The position numbers and the translations under genes are program-made. A stretch of 64,000 nt of DNA from positions 5,704,001 to 5,768,000 of the forward strand of contig JANJGN010000038.1 in NCBI GenBank assembly GCA_026770705.1, written 5' to 3'. Shown in pieces: positions 36,405-49,499 of the stretch. The notes below the pieces were generated by a model, which did not search any database, was not told the origin of the DNA, and saw only the letters and a program-made list of their open reading frames with translations. Every line of letters begins with the position of its first letter. Within the stretch, counting starts at the first letter, position 1. This DNA comes from Isurus oxyrinchus (Eukaryota).

Positions 36405-38284
36405 AAATATATAATGCTACTTATTGAAATGAAGATCCACAATCATCAATGCAGAACTGAGAGATAACAATTCCTTTGCATCACCCGAGACACTGAAACT
36501 CTGCGAGCAAACAGAACGATTTTAATGAGAATTAAAGGTAGCTCCCATTTAATTCAACCCGGATATCTCACAGCTCTGCAAGATTAGTTGCTGTTCTTCA
36601 ATTCAGAAGTTACATTTATAATTCAGCCAACCTGCTTCAATAGCAATATTTGTCCATCTCCAGCCTTATGCATTCTGAACTTTCTTTGAATTTGAGTATT
36701 ATTGAGCAATTCATTAACTGCAAACCGTTTAAGATTAGCTTAGTGATAATGGGCTAAAATTCAAGGAACTGTTTGGCTGCACAGCAAAGGTTCAACAACC
36801 CGGCAGATATATTAAATTAGCCAGCTGAAACGCATTTAATATTGATAAATAATTAGCACCTTTCAACCTGCATAAACCAGGGAGGAACCAATTAATTTAA
36901 AATCACTGTTTGAACTAAATACTGCAGTGCGATCAGTGTGTATTATATTAAAAAAAAAGAATGGAAATTGCTGGAACCTTTGCATTTGTCCGGCTGCTAT
37001 TAATTGTGCTGCGTTTTGCAGCATTGTTGTGGATAGCACAGATTATCTGCTAAATGTCTAACAATATTATTTTTTATTGTTGTAATCTTGGGAAATATTG
37101 TCGCATTATAGTCGTTTGAGTTATATTCATTTAACTCCCCATCACAGTTGAACTTCGCTGGTTATGTACTTTAGCATTGCATTATTACCTCAAGTATTAA
37201 ATAGGAGTATCAGAAACAAAATATTAATTGTTCAATCTGCAATTGGCACTGAAATAAAAATGCATCAATATATCTTTCAATATTGATTAAAAAGCCTGTT
37301 TGCTTTGTAACTATAACCCTCCTTCACAATGGTTTAAGCACATAACCAACACATGTTTGATGTGATCGACATTACACGTTGTAGAATCATCAAACAGTTC
37401 CACGAGCTTTAACTGTTCAAAGTAACCCAAGGCACATACTCTCCTTAGCACTTAGCACCAAATCAGAACACCGAGGGACTGAATCCAACAACTGCTTAAT
37501 TACCTAAGTCCTTTCAGCAGAATCAGATGCAACATTTCAAATAAACCTCAATACATCGCACTGAAATCATCTTTCATTGAACAAGTCATTTATTAAAATA
37601 AACAGAAATATGAAACAATGGCAGAAGAATTGTATTTCGATGGGTCATGTTTAATGCATTGTTTGATTTTCACGGTATACTTTAGTAATATGGGGAGGAA
37701 TATTACAGCATTATAATGTTTCAAGTTGTATTAATTTAAGCCTGATTCTGGCAGGAAATTTGTTAACTCTGTTGTTCCTACTTATCGTAGCATTTCACTT
37801 ATTTAAGGTGAAAGTTCGTCAACCTTATATTGATATTTTTCAGCGCAGTTAACACAAATAAACATGACAAACATTTATTATAAAATCCATAGTTTAAAAA
37901 GACATTTTGACCTTGATAGCACTCGTTTTCCTGTCTACAATCTTATTTCCAACACTTTTAAACACAATACTTTCAGTCGATTACAAAACTTGCAGCAGTA
38001 GAAACACCAAATTCTTTAACAAAACTCAAATATTTAAAGTAAGCCAGGCACAAAGCCTCATCAGCAGATAAAAGACAAATCACTCAAACAAGTCCTTAAA
38101 ACTCCCATTGTTTTTTTTTTGCCGAGAAGCAATTGTTAAATCCCTTTGCGGCAGAATTAAATGAAACATTGTAAACACAGAATCCACCAATGCAAAGTTT
38201 CGGTTAACACATTAATGTCTAAAATAAACAAATATGAGACAATGAAGCAAATCCAACAGCACAGAATGAAGGCATGTTTCTTAC

Positions 38285-38332
38285 CTGCAGTCACCGTCAC
38301 CATGGTCCCTTGTCCCCAGTAGCCAGCATAGT
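38285..38332 (-). CDS. IGHJ: IgH J segment
   Basis: YAGYWGQGTMVTVTA, donor G|GTAAG. Confidence 0.96.
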
Positions 38333-38371
38333 CACAGTGTTACATTCGCTGGTCTGGGTCACACAATAACC
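38333..38371. promoter_or_regulatory. J recombination signal, 23-bp spacer
   Basis: CACAGTG (38333-38339) + 23 nt + ACAATAACC (38363-38371). Confidence 0.95.
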
Positions 38372-38694
38372 AGTTCTGCACACAAGGGGAGAAATTCAAT
38401 ATTAGTTTAAATTCCGAGCGGAGAGGCAGAGTAAAGTCATGACCTGCTTTATCAAAATAGTAAATTTGTTAAAGAATTTCTAAAGTTTATAAATTACACT
38501 TTTTCTGTATTTCACAGAGTAACTGATGATCATGCATTGAAAGCAGCAGCCAATGATTTAATAAGTAACACACTAGCACCTCTTGAAACCTGTCAATTGG
38601 GAAGTTCCAGGCACAGTTTGGGCTTTGGTTAAAATGGTTGTATTGTAAAAAAACAAAATGCATCGACCGAAATGCAATCAATTAGCCCCGATGA

Positions 38695-38764
38695 GGTTTT
38701 TGCATTAACAGTAACGGCTGTGCCATCCAGTTGTATCACTGTGAGACGCACCATGACAAAAAAT
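38695..38764 (-). other. IgH D2 segment (core 38723-38736, ATACAACTGGATGG) with 12/12 RSSs
   Basis: V-facing CACTGTG+12+ACAAAAAAT (38737-38764); J-facing CACAGCC+12+GCAAAAACC (38722-38695). Confidence 0.92.
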
Positions 38765-39079
38765 GCGGCGGACTGTTAAATGAGAAATACAGAGATTCAA
38801 ATCCACAGCGGCCTGAGAAACCTGATACTGAATACTCGAGGAATACATCACTGTGATATTTCAGTTAGAATTTTTCATTATGTTTATAAACGGACCGAAA
38901 TATGCCTTTAACATCTGTGCCCCTATTTAGCAAGACAATCAAAATTAGTAAAAAATGGAGACTTTTATACATTTTTCGCAATTCAGTGTTCCTTCAAACC
39001 CTTATTGTTGGTCATATTTATTTTATTTGATTTTCCTGCTGTGATACGGATCGCAGATTTGATCAAACTCCCTCTCTGG

Positions 39080-39159
39080 GGTATTTGTATGAGGAGTTCG
39101 CTATACACAGCACCGTGACCCAATGTAGTAACACAGTGACACAAGCCGGCACAAATACT
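39080..39159 (-). other. IgH D1 segment (core 39118-39131, TTACTACATTGGGT) with 12/22 RSSs
   Basis: V-facing CACAGTG+12+ACAAATACT (39132-39159); D2-facing CACGGTG+22+ACAAATACC (39117-39080). Confidence 0.92.
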
Positions 39160-39515
39160 GCTCTCACACACTGACTGTAAGTCAGTGTATAAATAAAACC
39201 TTTCAGTCAGCAGAAGGTTTGTAGATTTTGATTGCAATTCATCCAAGAGTTTTACTCAGGAGCAGAACTTTGGGTTAAAATTATCCCCATTCACCTAATA
39301 ATTTGTTAATATTTCCATTTGGCTCCTAGTCATCAGTTGTGCACATTCTAAGCGGTATCTATGCTCTTTAATATACAGAATTAGTCATTTTTGGTTTTTA
39401 TTATTCACCACTTTATTTCCTTGGAAAATGTAACTTTTCAAGCTAGGTTCAAACACATCTCTTAACCTATTTTGAGCTAATACTGACTTATGATTCGCTG
39501 TAATTATTCTTCTGC

Positions 39516-39554
39516 GGTTTATGTACGAGTTCTGGGCTTGTTCAGTTCGCTGTG
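39516..39554 (-). promoter_or_regulatory. V recombination signal, 23-bp spacer
   Basis: CACAGCG + 23 nt + ACATAAACC directly after YYCAG. Confidence 0.95.
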
Positions 39555-39856
39555 GCCTCCTGCACAATAATACCTCGCGGTGTCTTCGGTTCTCAGATTT
39601 TTGATCTCAATGTAAAATGTGGACGAAGTTCTTGATGGGATGATTCGACCTTCGACTCCAGGCGCGTAATACGTGGTATCCGAGGGTTTTCTGTAAGCAA
39701 GGAGCCACTCCAGCCCTTTCCCAGGAACTTGTTTAACCCAGCTCACATAGTAGCTGTCCAGACTGAACCCGCTCACCGAACAGGACAGTTTGCGAGATTG
39801 TCCCGGCTTAGCGGTCTCTGCAGCCGGCTGAGTCAGCACAATGGCGGATTGGACAT
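39555..39856 (-). CDS. IGHV: IgH V exon (divergent, IgW-like)
   Basis: (Y)VQS-AIVLTQPAAETAKPGQSRKLSCSVSGFSLDSYYVSWVKQVPGKGLEWLL...EDTARYYCAG; canonical Cys/Trp/Cys; CAG acceptor. Confidence 0.96.
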
Positions 39857-39981
39857 CTGTTTGCGAATGGAAAAAATGTAATTACATTAGAAAACAATCA
39901 AATCATTGAACTTAAATAGCAGCACGATATCAGACAAGAAGCAGACTTTATTGTGTCACTTATACAGTCAGGGATACTCAC

Positions 39982-40027
39982 AGGTGAAGCAAGCCAATAA
40001 GAAGCAAAGGCACAGCGCAAATCCCAT
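39982..40027 (-). CDS. IGHV: IgH leader exon
   Basis: ATG at 40027, MGFALCLCFLLACFT + phase-1 GTGAGT donor; in frame with the V exon. Confidence 0.93.
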
Positions 40028-40117
40028 CTTCAGTCTCTAGGTATAACTGATTCAGGAGCGTTACTCTCCGTCGCAGTGACACCTGCGGATTGTGAACCAG
40101 GAGCTGAACCGTCCCGC

Positions 40118-40125
40118 TATTTATA
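40118..40125 (-). promoter_or_regulatory. TATA box of the V promoter
   Basis: TATAAATA ~90 nt upstream of the leader ATG. Confidence 0.7.
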
Positions 40126-41994
40126 CCAGCTAGAGTCAAATAAGAGAGAGAGAGAGAGAGACAAAGCTGGAGAATGGGAGTCACTCTCCTCCCCCAGTTA
40201 ACAGCCTGGCTCCTCCTCCTTTTTCCTGTCTGAGTCCAGCTGTATAAACAATTATTAACCATTAATATTCCGTGTTCCACAAACGTATCTTTTTAGATTG
40301 TCTGTTAATGCTTTGGGATGAGACACTCTCTTTCCAAAGCAGCCTCAGTTTTAAATTGATTCAGCGCGAATCTTTGCATTCCCAATAAACACCTCACATG
40401 TGCTAAGTGTCCAATTCCTCTCAGATGAATGTAAACGCTCCCATGGAATTATTTCAAAGATCAGGAGAGATCTCCCCTGTGTCCAAGGCCAATATTTATC
40501 ACTCAGGCAACATCCCAAAATCAGATTATCTGGTGATTTATCGCAGTGCAGTTTATTGGATCTTGCTGTGCGTGAATTCACGGCCACGTTTCCTTGCACT
40601 ACGTTGGTGATTATATATTTAGAAATAGAAAATCTTCATTGCCTTTGAAGAGCTATAAGGTATCCTGTGGTTGTGAAATGCAATGTGTAACTGCAAGTCT
40701 TTCTTATTTCCATTTTTCTCTACCTGTGGGACAGAACATACAAATGTTACTGATATTTGTCCAGAGAAAGCGATGATATTTGTCCAATGACATGAAATGT
40801 TTCGGAGTAATATCACTTAATTTCAGATATAATCCATCGTAAAATGTGCAGCTTCACTTTAAAACAATTCCTGGTGAATCAATTTTCCACAGGATCTCAG
40901 TTCACCAGTCTGAATATTGCTCTTTCATTTCACACTGAACGATTCTAAATGGGAGACATTGAGATTTACACCAAGGAGTGTTTGTGTGGTAAGACTGCAT
41001 AGTCCAGCCGAACCCTATTTAGTTGAGAATTAAATCACCGTGCCTAGCTTTCTTATTGATGTGACATATGCATCCCACAAACCATGGGGATATTTAGAAA
41101 TGCAGATAAAACAATATCGATCAGGCTGTAACCACTGAACCAGAAATTATATTCAGAGATTCGGGGCATCACGAGTTTGATTTTTTTTTTGATGTTGTTA
41201 ATTTTCACCAAGGAAGAGAAATCATTGAATTTATTGTGCAATTAAAGTTCAGCTTTTCAGATGCCAACACAAACTGTACCAACAGGTTACATATGAAATT
41301 ATAAAGCCTGCCATTATAATTGTACTAACATTACAGTGAATAATTTGAGTTCACAGTCAGTCTCCAGACTGGGGCTGTCGCTCTGCCAACTGCAGGTTAT
41401 TGGGTGAAGTAGAAACTTATTTAAGGAATCAAATATTGGTATCATTGTAGTTAATGTGTTCTTTATTTCTGTGTGATACCAGCTCAGCTGGCATTCCCTT
41501 CTACAGGATTGTAAAGGAACTTCGCAATTATCAGAATCAAATTGGCCTTAATTAATTAAAATCCCAAACTGTTGACCTCACATTTATTCTGTTTGGAACA
41601 TGCCATTCACCAAACGCAGTTTCCTTCATATCATCTCATGAGAAACACAATTTAGATCGACATTGCCTAACGATTCATTAACTGATGAATTTATTCCCAG
41701 TTTGTTGAACAACACGTTCATCCCATATGTCTGCTCCTCAGAAATTGGCAGGATCCCAGAAATCTATCATCAGGGAGGAGCGATACGTCACATTGCAATT
41801 TACAGGAAACATCTGTGGCTGCTGTGCAGAAACTTCAACAATCAGTTTCCAGCCCGCTGATAGAAAGGCAACAAGAACCCAGGTGTTAGCAAAGGAGCGT
41901 TTTTATACAAAGATCTGCCCAGCAACAATATGCCCAAGCAGTCCAGGTTCATCTCCATTGGGTATATTGACTTTCATTTCAAATGAATTAATAA

Positions 41995-42510
41995 CTTGAG
42001 ATTGATTCCCAGAACCTGTATCCTCTCTCAAGTACCAGGGTGTGAATCCTAGGAATGATTCTCAGAGCATGATGCTATTGTGGCAGAAACCAAAGGAATG
42101 ATTCCGAGAGCCTGTGGTGCACCTGACGCTCTAGGGTGCACAAACCCTGGATGTGATTCCTAGAGACTGGGGGATATTAGAAGCATCAGGGAGCATAAAT
42201 CCTGGGATTAGTATCAAACACGTAGGCCTAGCAGACTCAGCAGAGAACATAAACGCTGGGAATTGTCCCCAGAACCTGGATGACCGTTTAGTTGCTCAAA
42301 ACCTGGGAATTTCTTCTAGGTGCAGGGTTTATCTGATACGAAGTGCCCATTAATCACAAGTCTTGTTAATGATTCCAAGGGGCTGGTCCCAAGTCACAGA
42401 GACACACATTGATTCACAAGCCCTGGGCATTATCTCCAGCTGCTGAGTTTATATGACACAAGCAGCCAAGCGAGCACAAACCCTCGGAATGATTCCTTGT
42501 TACTGGCCCT
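41995..42510 (+). repeat. Degenerate ~50-55-bp minisatellite
   Basis: Recurrent (AA)TGATTCC(C)AGA.CCTG...AAACCCTGGGA motif about every 50 bp. Confidence 0.55.
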
Positions 42511-43944
42511 ATAAGACACCGACAGACATGGGAGCAGAAACTTAATTGTTTATTCCCTGTTTCTGGGTCATCATAACAAAACGGTGGACTAAAACTCCCA
42601 TCCATCCCTTTGTCACCTCTAGACCTGAATATTCCAATGGCTTCCTGACCATCCTCTCATAGTCCACCATCCATAAATAGGAGCTCAAGCCAAATGCTGT
42701 TGCCCTTACCCTAAAGCACACAAGTCCCGTTGGCCCGTCAACCCCATTGTCCCTGATAAAAATCGGCTCTTGATTAAGGAATGCATCAGTAATAAGATTA
42801 TCACAGCTGTTAAACTCCCTCCATGGCCTCCACCACCTCTGCCTCCGCCCCCACTACCAACATCCCCATCCCTACCAGCTCCTTCAGCCTAATAGCCCTC
42901 CGAGAGCCCTTCCCTCCTCGAATTCTCAAATCTTTTGCATCCGTGAATTTTATCACTTGTTGCCTACTGCCTTGGCCCTAAGCCATGGAATTCACTCATA
43001 AATCCCTTTTCCCTCTCTCCACCTTTAATTTCCTTGCTAAAAGTTACATCGTTGACCTATTGTTTGGTCATCCGTCCTTGTGTCTCCTTATGTGACTTGG
43101 TGTCAAGCCTGATCTGTTAATGGTTTTGTGAGTCAGCTTGGAGCGATTTACGACTTTAAAGGTGCTATATTGTTGCAAATTGTTTTTGGATATAATTCGA
43201 TTTCTTTCTGACTGAAGGAAATAATGCGTCAGGAGAATTACTGTTTTATTAATCTCAGTTCAAGTATAGTGAGATTCTCACTTTTACTGCAATGTGCCGA
43301 AATCATTACAGGGTCCCATGTTATGCGTTGATGATCAACTAACAATCTGTCACAAAGAACAATGTGTTCATACACGTTATGCATGCTCCGATTTAATCAT
43401 CTTTCCAAATGATTTCTGAGGACAGAGAGACATGGCCTTGGTAACAGAATGGTCAGTGGGAAAATGCGATCTAAATATGAGCACAAAATAAATGGATAAT
43501 CAATGCACATTAAGGCTATTACAGGACCTAAAATTATACTTTTAATCAAAGGGAGTTGAATATTGGGTCACAACAGGAAAACATAATAATTTACCTTTGC
43601 AGAATTCGCATAAAAACATTAAGATAGATGTGTTTAGACAAACAAGCACAGGCACACAAGTAAACAAACAGACACACAGAGATACAGTCAGACAAACACA
43701 GACGTACACACACGCACGCACACACACACACACGGTCCCTGATCAAAATTCCTCTCTTCAATTAACGCCAATAAATGTGCATTAATATAAATTAACAGGG
43801 TTTGAACCACTTTGTCCTTTTGCTAATGTTTCTTTGCACAACAAAGCTTCACTCATACGGAATTCTTTGCATTTTTTATCCTTTGCCACCCCCTGTAGAA
43901 TGTAATGATCTTGTATGTCATTGTAGCTTGTTTTCAGATGCGCT

Positions 43945-44080
43945 AATATGAGAAACAATAACTGATGAAGTCATTTTACAGTAACATCAATGGCAATCTT
44001 TCGCCATCAGGTGGCAGTGCTAGCGCGATTGCTTCCTTGAAAACATACATACACTGCCTCAATTATTACTGCTCCATAGC
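43945..44080 (+). promoter_or_regulatory. Second copy of the CTCF-like module
   Basis: CGCCATCAGGTGGCAGTG at 44002-44019; flanks homologous to 16925-17060. Confidence 0.55.
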
Positions 44081-46929
44081 ATGTCTATGTTTATATCACA
44101 GCAGACCTTCACTCAGTTATTGCTAGTTCTACTTCGTTCTCAGATTTTGACATTTCTGTCAAGGCCGCCATTTACTAACCATACCTAATTGCACTGGAGA
44201 ATGTGTTGGTGAGCCGCCTTGTGTGTGTTTCAAATCCAAAAACAGTGCTGATGGGAGGGGAGCTCTAGGGTTTTGACTCAATAACAACGAAGGAAAAAAT
44301 CTATATTTCCAAATCAGGATACTCTGCGTGACTTGGAGCGGCACTAGCAGGTGTTTGTGCTCCCATTCACCTGCTGTCCTTGTCCTTCTATGTCGCAGAG
44401 CTCTTGGGTTCTGAAGATGCTGTCGGAGGTATTACCAGAACGGGGTGAGGGGTTTCCGTTATTTGGAAAAACGATAGAAATAGCATCCTAGAGCAGAGAA
44501 AGTTAAGAGATGTTTTAAAAGAAGTGTTCAAGTTACTGAAGGTTTTTGCAAAGCCATAACCTGACCATGTCTTAGTCCATATTATTCTGGGTCCAGTCAC
44601 GGACATTGGTGCAATAAATTGGGGGGGGGGGGGTTGGGGGGGGTGGGGGGGGGATGTGTGGGGATGTATTTCTGAAACGTACCTTTATATGTCAGCTGTG
44701 TTTTGATGAGTCTGGGAGATGCACGTTTCCCATTACTGATATTGAGGGCATTTTTAATAGTTCAGATGTATAAAATTAACTAAGTTTAAATTCCAAAAAG
44801 CTTTGTTGAAATTTGACCTCATATAATATCTGTTTGTGTTACATAAGGCGGTTTCTTAGTTATTGATGCGCTATATTGTTTATGTTTATATTTCATAGAA
44901 CTTGTCCCTGTTTTTAATGTACTGGACCATGTTTAAGTTTATTTTAACCAGGCTCTGTTTCAGTTATTACTGCACTGGAGCAACTTACCATTTAAATTAT
45001 ACCAGGCCCTATCTCTGGTTACATTACACTAGACCCTAACTCAGGCACGACCTGGCTGTAGCTCTGCCACAGATTCACAGAACCACAGTGCAGAAGAGGC
45101 CCTTCGGCCCATCGAGTCTGCACCGGCACTTGAGAAACACTTGACCTACCTACCTACCTAATCCTATTTACCAGCACTTGGCCCATAGCCTTGAATGTTA
45201 TAGCGTCCCAAGTGCTCATCACTAGCCCAGAGGTCCAGACTCATCTTCTGGGGACATGAATTCAAATCCCACCACAGCAGCTGGCGAAATTTAAATGCGA
45301 TTGAGACAAGAGCCGTTCGGAAGCTGGGAATTCAGCAAATACCTGTCCACAAACTACAAGGCACATGTCAGGAGTGTGGTGGAATATTCCCCAATTCTCC
45401 GGGCAACAAGGGCAGCAGAAGCACAGGAACAACAATGGAAAGTCCCTGTTTCTTCACTATCCTTGGGTCCAAATCATACAACTCCCTTCCTAGAAGCACT
45501 GTGGGTGTCCCTACAGCACGTGGGCTGCAGCAGTACAAGAGGTTTGCTCACTAACACCTTCTCAAGGGCAATTGTGTTTGGCTATTGAATGTTGGTTCAG
45601 CTGGAAACGCACAAATCCCATGAATGAATAAAAAAATGGAAATGGAACTGGATCGTTACAATTTTCATTGTTATAAACGCATCTGATTCACTAATGAACA
45701 TTCGGTGAAGTAAATATGCATCCTTCCCCAGTCTGGCCTAAATGTGACTCCAGGCCCACAGCACGTGGTTCACTCTTAACTATCCTCCGACTCTGAAAAT
45801 GTCTAGCCAGATATTCAGTTCCAGGACAGCGGAGCATGGGGGGAAATGCTGGCCGTGTCAGAGACGCTCACATCTCCTGGATCAATAGAGAGAAATAAAT
45901 ACTTCAGCCTAGTGAATGATTAAAAACAACATTTGTTAAAGTATTCCCTATTGTGTTTCCATGGGTATTGTACATAATTATTCCAGGAACTCTGTTTTAT
46001 AAAGCATTTGAAGGTCGCAGAGAGGATGAAGAGGAGATTGATCCGAATGTTACTAGACCTTGGAGATCTTCAATCGTTTTCCTTAGAATAGAGGGTGTTA
46101 AGAGGGGCTTTGATCGAGGTATTTAAGACCATGAAAGGTGTGATACGTAATGACTGGGTCATGCCTTCCTTTAAATTACATAGGACTCTGTCTCAGATCG
46201 CAGTGCAAAAGACCTAGTCTCAATTCATGTTTTACACTAGGCCCTGTTGGAGTAAGTAATTGCACTGATGCATACATCTCTTCACATTATACAAAACCAT
46301 CTCCCTGTTTGTATCATATGAGCCACCGAAAAGGTTATTTAGCATTAAACTGTATATATTACGCTAGATGTTGTGTATCTCAGTCTCTCTATCTGTCAAC
46401 CCATCTAGCTGCGTACCTGTCTGTTTGGCTGTCAGTCTATCTATCTATATTTCGAACCATCCATCCAGCAATTTCAGATCATCTATTATCGTTAACGTTT
46501 CTTGATGCGGACGTCTTTTTCAAGTTCTTGTGTGAAAAATGCCTATTTAGATTCCAAAGTGAGTTTAGCTACGCTCAGAATTCAGTTTGAAAGTGGATTA
46601 AATCACATGGAGAATAAAGGACATTTACCCACCATTCTCTCTGTTTGTTGACAAGTGATCACTTGTGCGTCACTCGAGTGTGTGATGATCCGTGCAAGAG
46701 GCGGTGAAAATGCAACTGTACCTATACCTAACGTGAGCATAATAAATCTGTAATTCTCTCACTTGGAATGGAATGTGACACTTTCCACTCTCAATGAAAT
46801 TCAATAAAAAAAAAAATTGTTTCTGTTTCCATTGTTTTGTGCTGCACGTTAACTTCACTATTTCCTCACCAGTTTCCAATACGTTTGCCATGATATAATT
46901 CAATGTTTACTGGCGTGGGTAAAGTGTTA

Positions 46930-47420
46930 GCTTAACAGAAACATGGTATAGGGCAGTAATAACTGAGAAAGGGCCCACTGTAAAATATAAAGAGATATAT
47001 TTTCCAGTGCAATTTTAACAGAAACAATTATGTAAAACATTATAAATGGAGACAGGTTCCAGTGCAGTAACAACAGAGACAGGATCCAGGGTAATATTAA
47101 CACATACATGTTCTAGTATAGTAGTAACTGAGACGTGGTCGAGTGCGACATATAGAGACACGGTGTATGGTTCACTAATAACTGAAACAGAGTGTTATAT
47201 AATATAAATAGCGAAATGCTCTAATGTAGTAATAACTGATTTGGGGGCCGGCCTGAAACAGAGGCTTGATTAGCACAGAGTTAATTGTGTCAGAGCCTAG
47301 TGTAATAAAAATACAAATACCAGATTATGCATCCATAAATTTCACAGGTTTCAGCAAAACTAAAAGTGTGACTTGAACTCAAAGAATAATAATTGAGGCA
47401 GGATCTGGTGTAATATAAAG
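46930..47420 (-). repeat. Inverted degenerate block of the 27-bp satellite (plus-strand remnants at ~44880-45065 and ~46150-46330)
   Basis: Recurrent AATAACTGAGACAGG..CTAGTG units, the reverse complement of the main array monomer. Confidence 0.6.
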
Positions 47421-47929
47421 GGAACCAGTTGCTGGCGAAATATTTCTCTTCATCGCCCTTTTACAAATCTTCCAATATATACATTTGTTCTGAAGCTATG
47501 ATCACTGGATATTGACACAATGAACAGAAGGAACTGGTGTTCTCTGCTAATTCTCTTTCAAACCTCTCATCATCTTGGAAAAAGCATTTAGGTTTCTGCT
47601 TAATCTTCTTTATCACAAGCAGAATGCTGCCAATTTGTCCAATTGATTGTTGTTACTAAAGACCCTGATCCTTGTTAACAAACTCATTACCTTCCTCTGT
47701 ACACTTTCTGAGACCTCAACGCACTTCATAGGATCTGAAAATCATAGATTTCTGCAGCACAGAAATAGGCCATTGTGCACACCCTAACCATAATGGCCTG
47801 AAATGATCTATCAAGTCTAATCCCACTTCCTAGCTTTTGTGCCAGGGCCCTTGGGGCTACAGTACTTCATGTGAACATCCAAATATATTTTGACATGTGA
47901 TGAGGGATTCGGTCTAGAACACCATTTCA

Positions 47930-48290
47930 TGCACTGAGTCCGAAACACTATTACACACTCCTAAGGATAGACACGGGACAGTTCAGACGCAGAGTAAAGC
48001 TACCTCTACATTGGTAAATTGCTGGGTGAGGCAGAGTAAAGGTCTCTCTAAACTATCCCACCAAACATTCTCAGGACATGTATAGCGCTGGATAGACAAA
48101 GGTCCCTCTACATGATTCGATCGAATGCTCCCAAGAATGGTGCAGCAGTAACAGATGCAGAAAAAAGATCCCTCTACAATTTCCCATATACCATTCACAG
48201 GAAGACATAGGAATGTTAATTTGCAGAGGAGTGCTCCCTTTAGACTGTCCCATTAAATACTCCCATGTTGTTGAGTGAACCAGACACATT
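47930..48290 (+). repeat. Degenerate ~65-bp tandem repeat (related remnants at ~20230-20345 and ~26310-26360, minus)
   Basis: Recurrent CAGAGTAAAG.T.CCTCTACA.T.TCCCA..AAA.A.TCCCA motif. Confidence 0.55.
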
Positions 48291-49499
48291 TAAGAGTTAA
48301 GTTCCTTCTGTGAACAGCCATCTATTTCGTTAAAAGTCAATGAATAGGGGTGAGATTAATCTTTGATAAGATACTGACTTCACGTTATGAGTTACAGACG
48401 CTGACAGATTAATGAGAGGCCAGACACGCCCGGGATAGGGGAGAAAGGGAGACAGAGCGGGATAGAATGCAGGAAACTCCGCAAACACATTTTCAATGCT
48501 GCTGTATACCGGATCAAAGGACGCTTCGCCAGTTTTGAACACAAAAAACATCTTTATATTGTTATCCCATAACTTATAGAAATCTTCCAACTATCAATCA
48601 TTACTGGAATCCTTTGTGTGATTTGCATTTCTCTCTGTTGTGAATTCTATGCTCTGCTGGTGGGAAAACATCTATTGTATTTCCGACGCTCAATATTCTA
48701 TTCTGAGGCGTCTATTTCTGTGTTTATTTACATAACCGCCTCATTAGTTTCAAAGTGGTGTTCATGGCAGCAGAATCAGATCAACAGTCACTTATTGATT
48801 ATGTTCAGCGCAAAACAAGTTTATTTTAAGAATATTCACAGATGGTATAAGAATTGAACACAATTTTCAGAAAACCAATTGGTACAGATGTTATTTATTT
48901 TAAATAAAAGAAGCCATTAAATTTAAGAAAAAATGTTTCTGGAAATTCTGCTGCTTAAATCAATTAAGCATTTCTGAGTAGCCTGTTATTCCGCTGAATA
49001 TCGACTGGTGAAAGGATGAACCCCTTTCACATAAACATGTTTAAATAATGAACTGAGAAATGACCGTTAATCACATTCTTCTCAGACTTTCTAACACAGC
49101 ACCACGTATGTTTTGACATGTTCACTTTTAGTAAAAACTCGGTGTTTATACAGCACATTTCACCATCTCAGGAGGTCCAAAATCACATATCTCATTAACC
49201 TCATTGATGTACCTTATTTCGAATTATAATCTCTTGTGTCACGTTAGAACTACAGGAGGCAATTTGTGCACAGGAAGCTCCCACCGACAGAGATGTAATA
49301 AAAGCCCAGAGCACCTGTTTATTAGTGATGTTAGTTGCGCATTAGGTATTGGTCTAGGAGACCCCTGCGCTGTAAAATAGTGTCAGCGGAGAATGATGCT
49401 GAGTGTTTCCCGATTTTCTGGCCTTACTTTACATTGAGAGCATCCGTAATAGTTTACAAAGCTTTGACCGTTGTTTTTATTTGTTCTTTTGTTGTGAAC

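Noticed and set aside
32865-38284. Class-switch (S) region or extra exon in the J-C intron
   Set aside because: No AGCT/GGGGT-rich tandem array and no Ig-domain frame; only a GATA microsatellite and a Penelope mini-element.
38800-38860. Possible third D segment (CACAGCG at ~38804, CACTGTG at ~38849)
   Set aside because: No nonamer at 12 or 22/23 spacing.
44621-44653. Poly-G run (G-quadruplex candidate)
   Set aside because: Lies in LINE debris with no supporting context.
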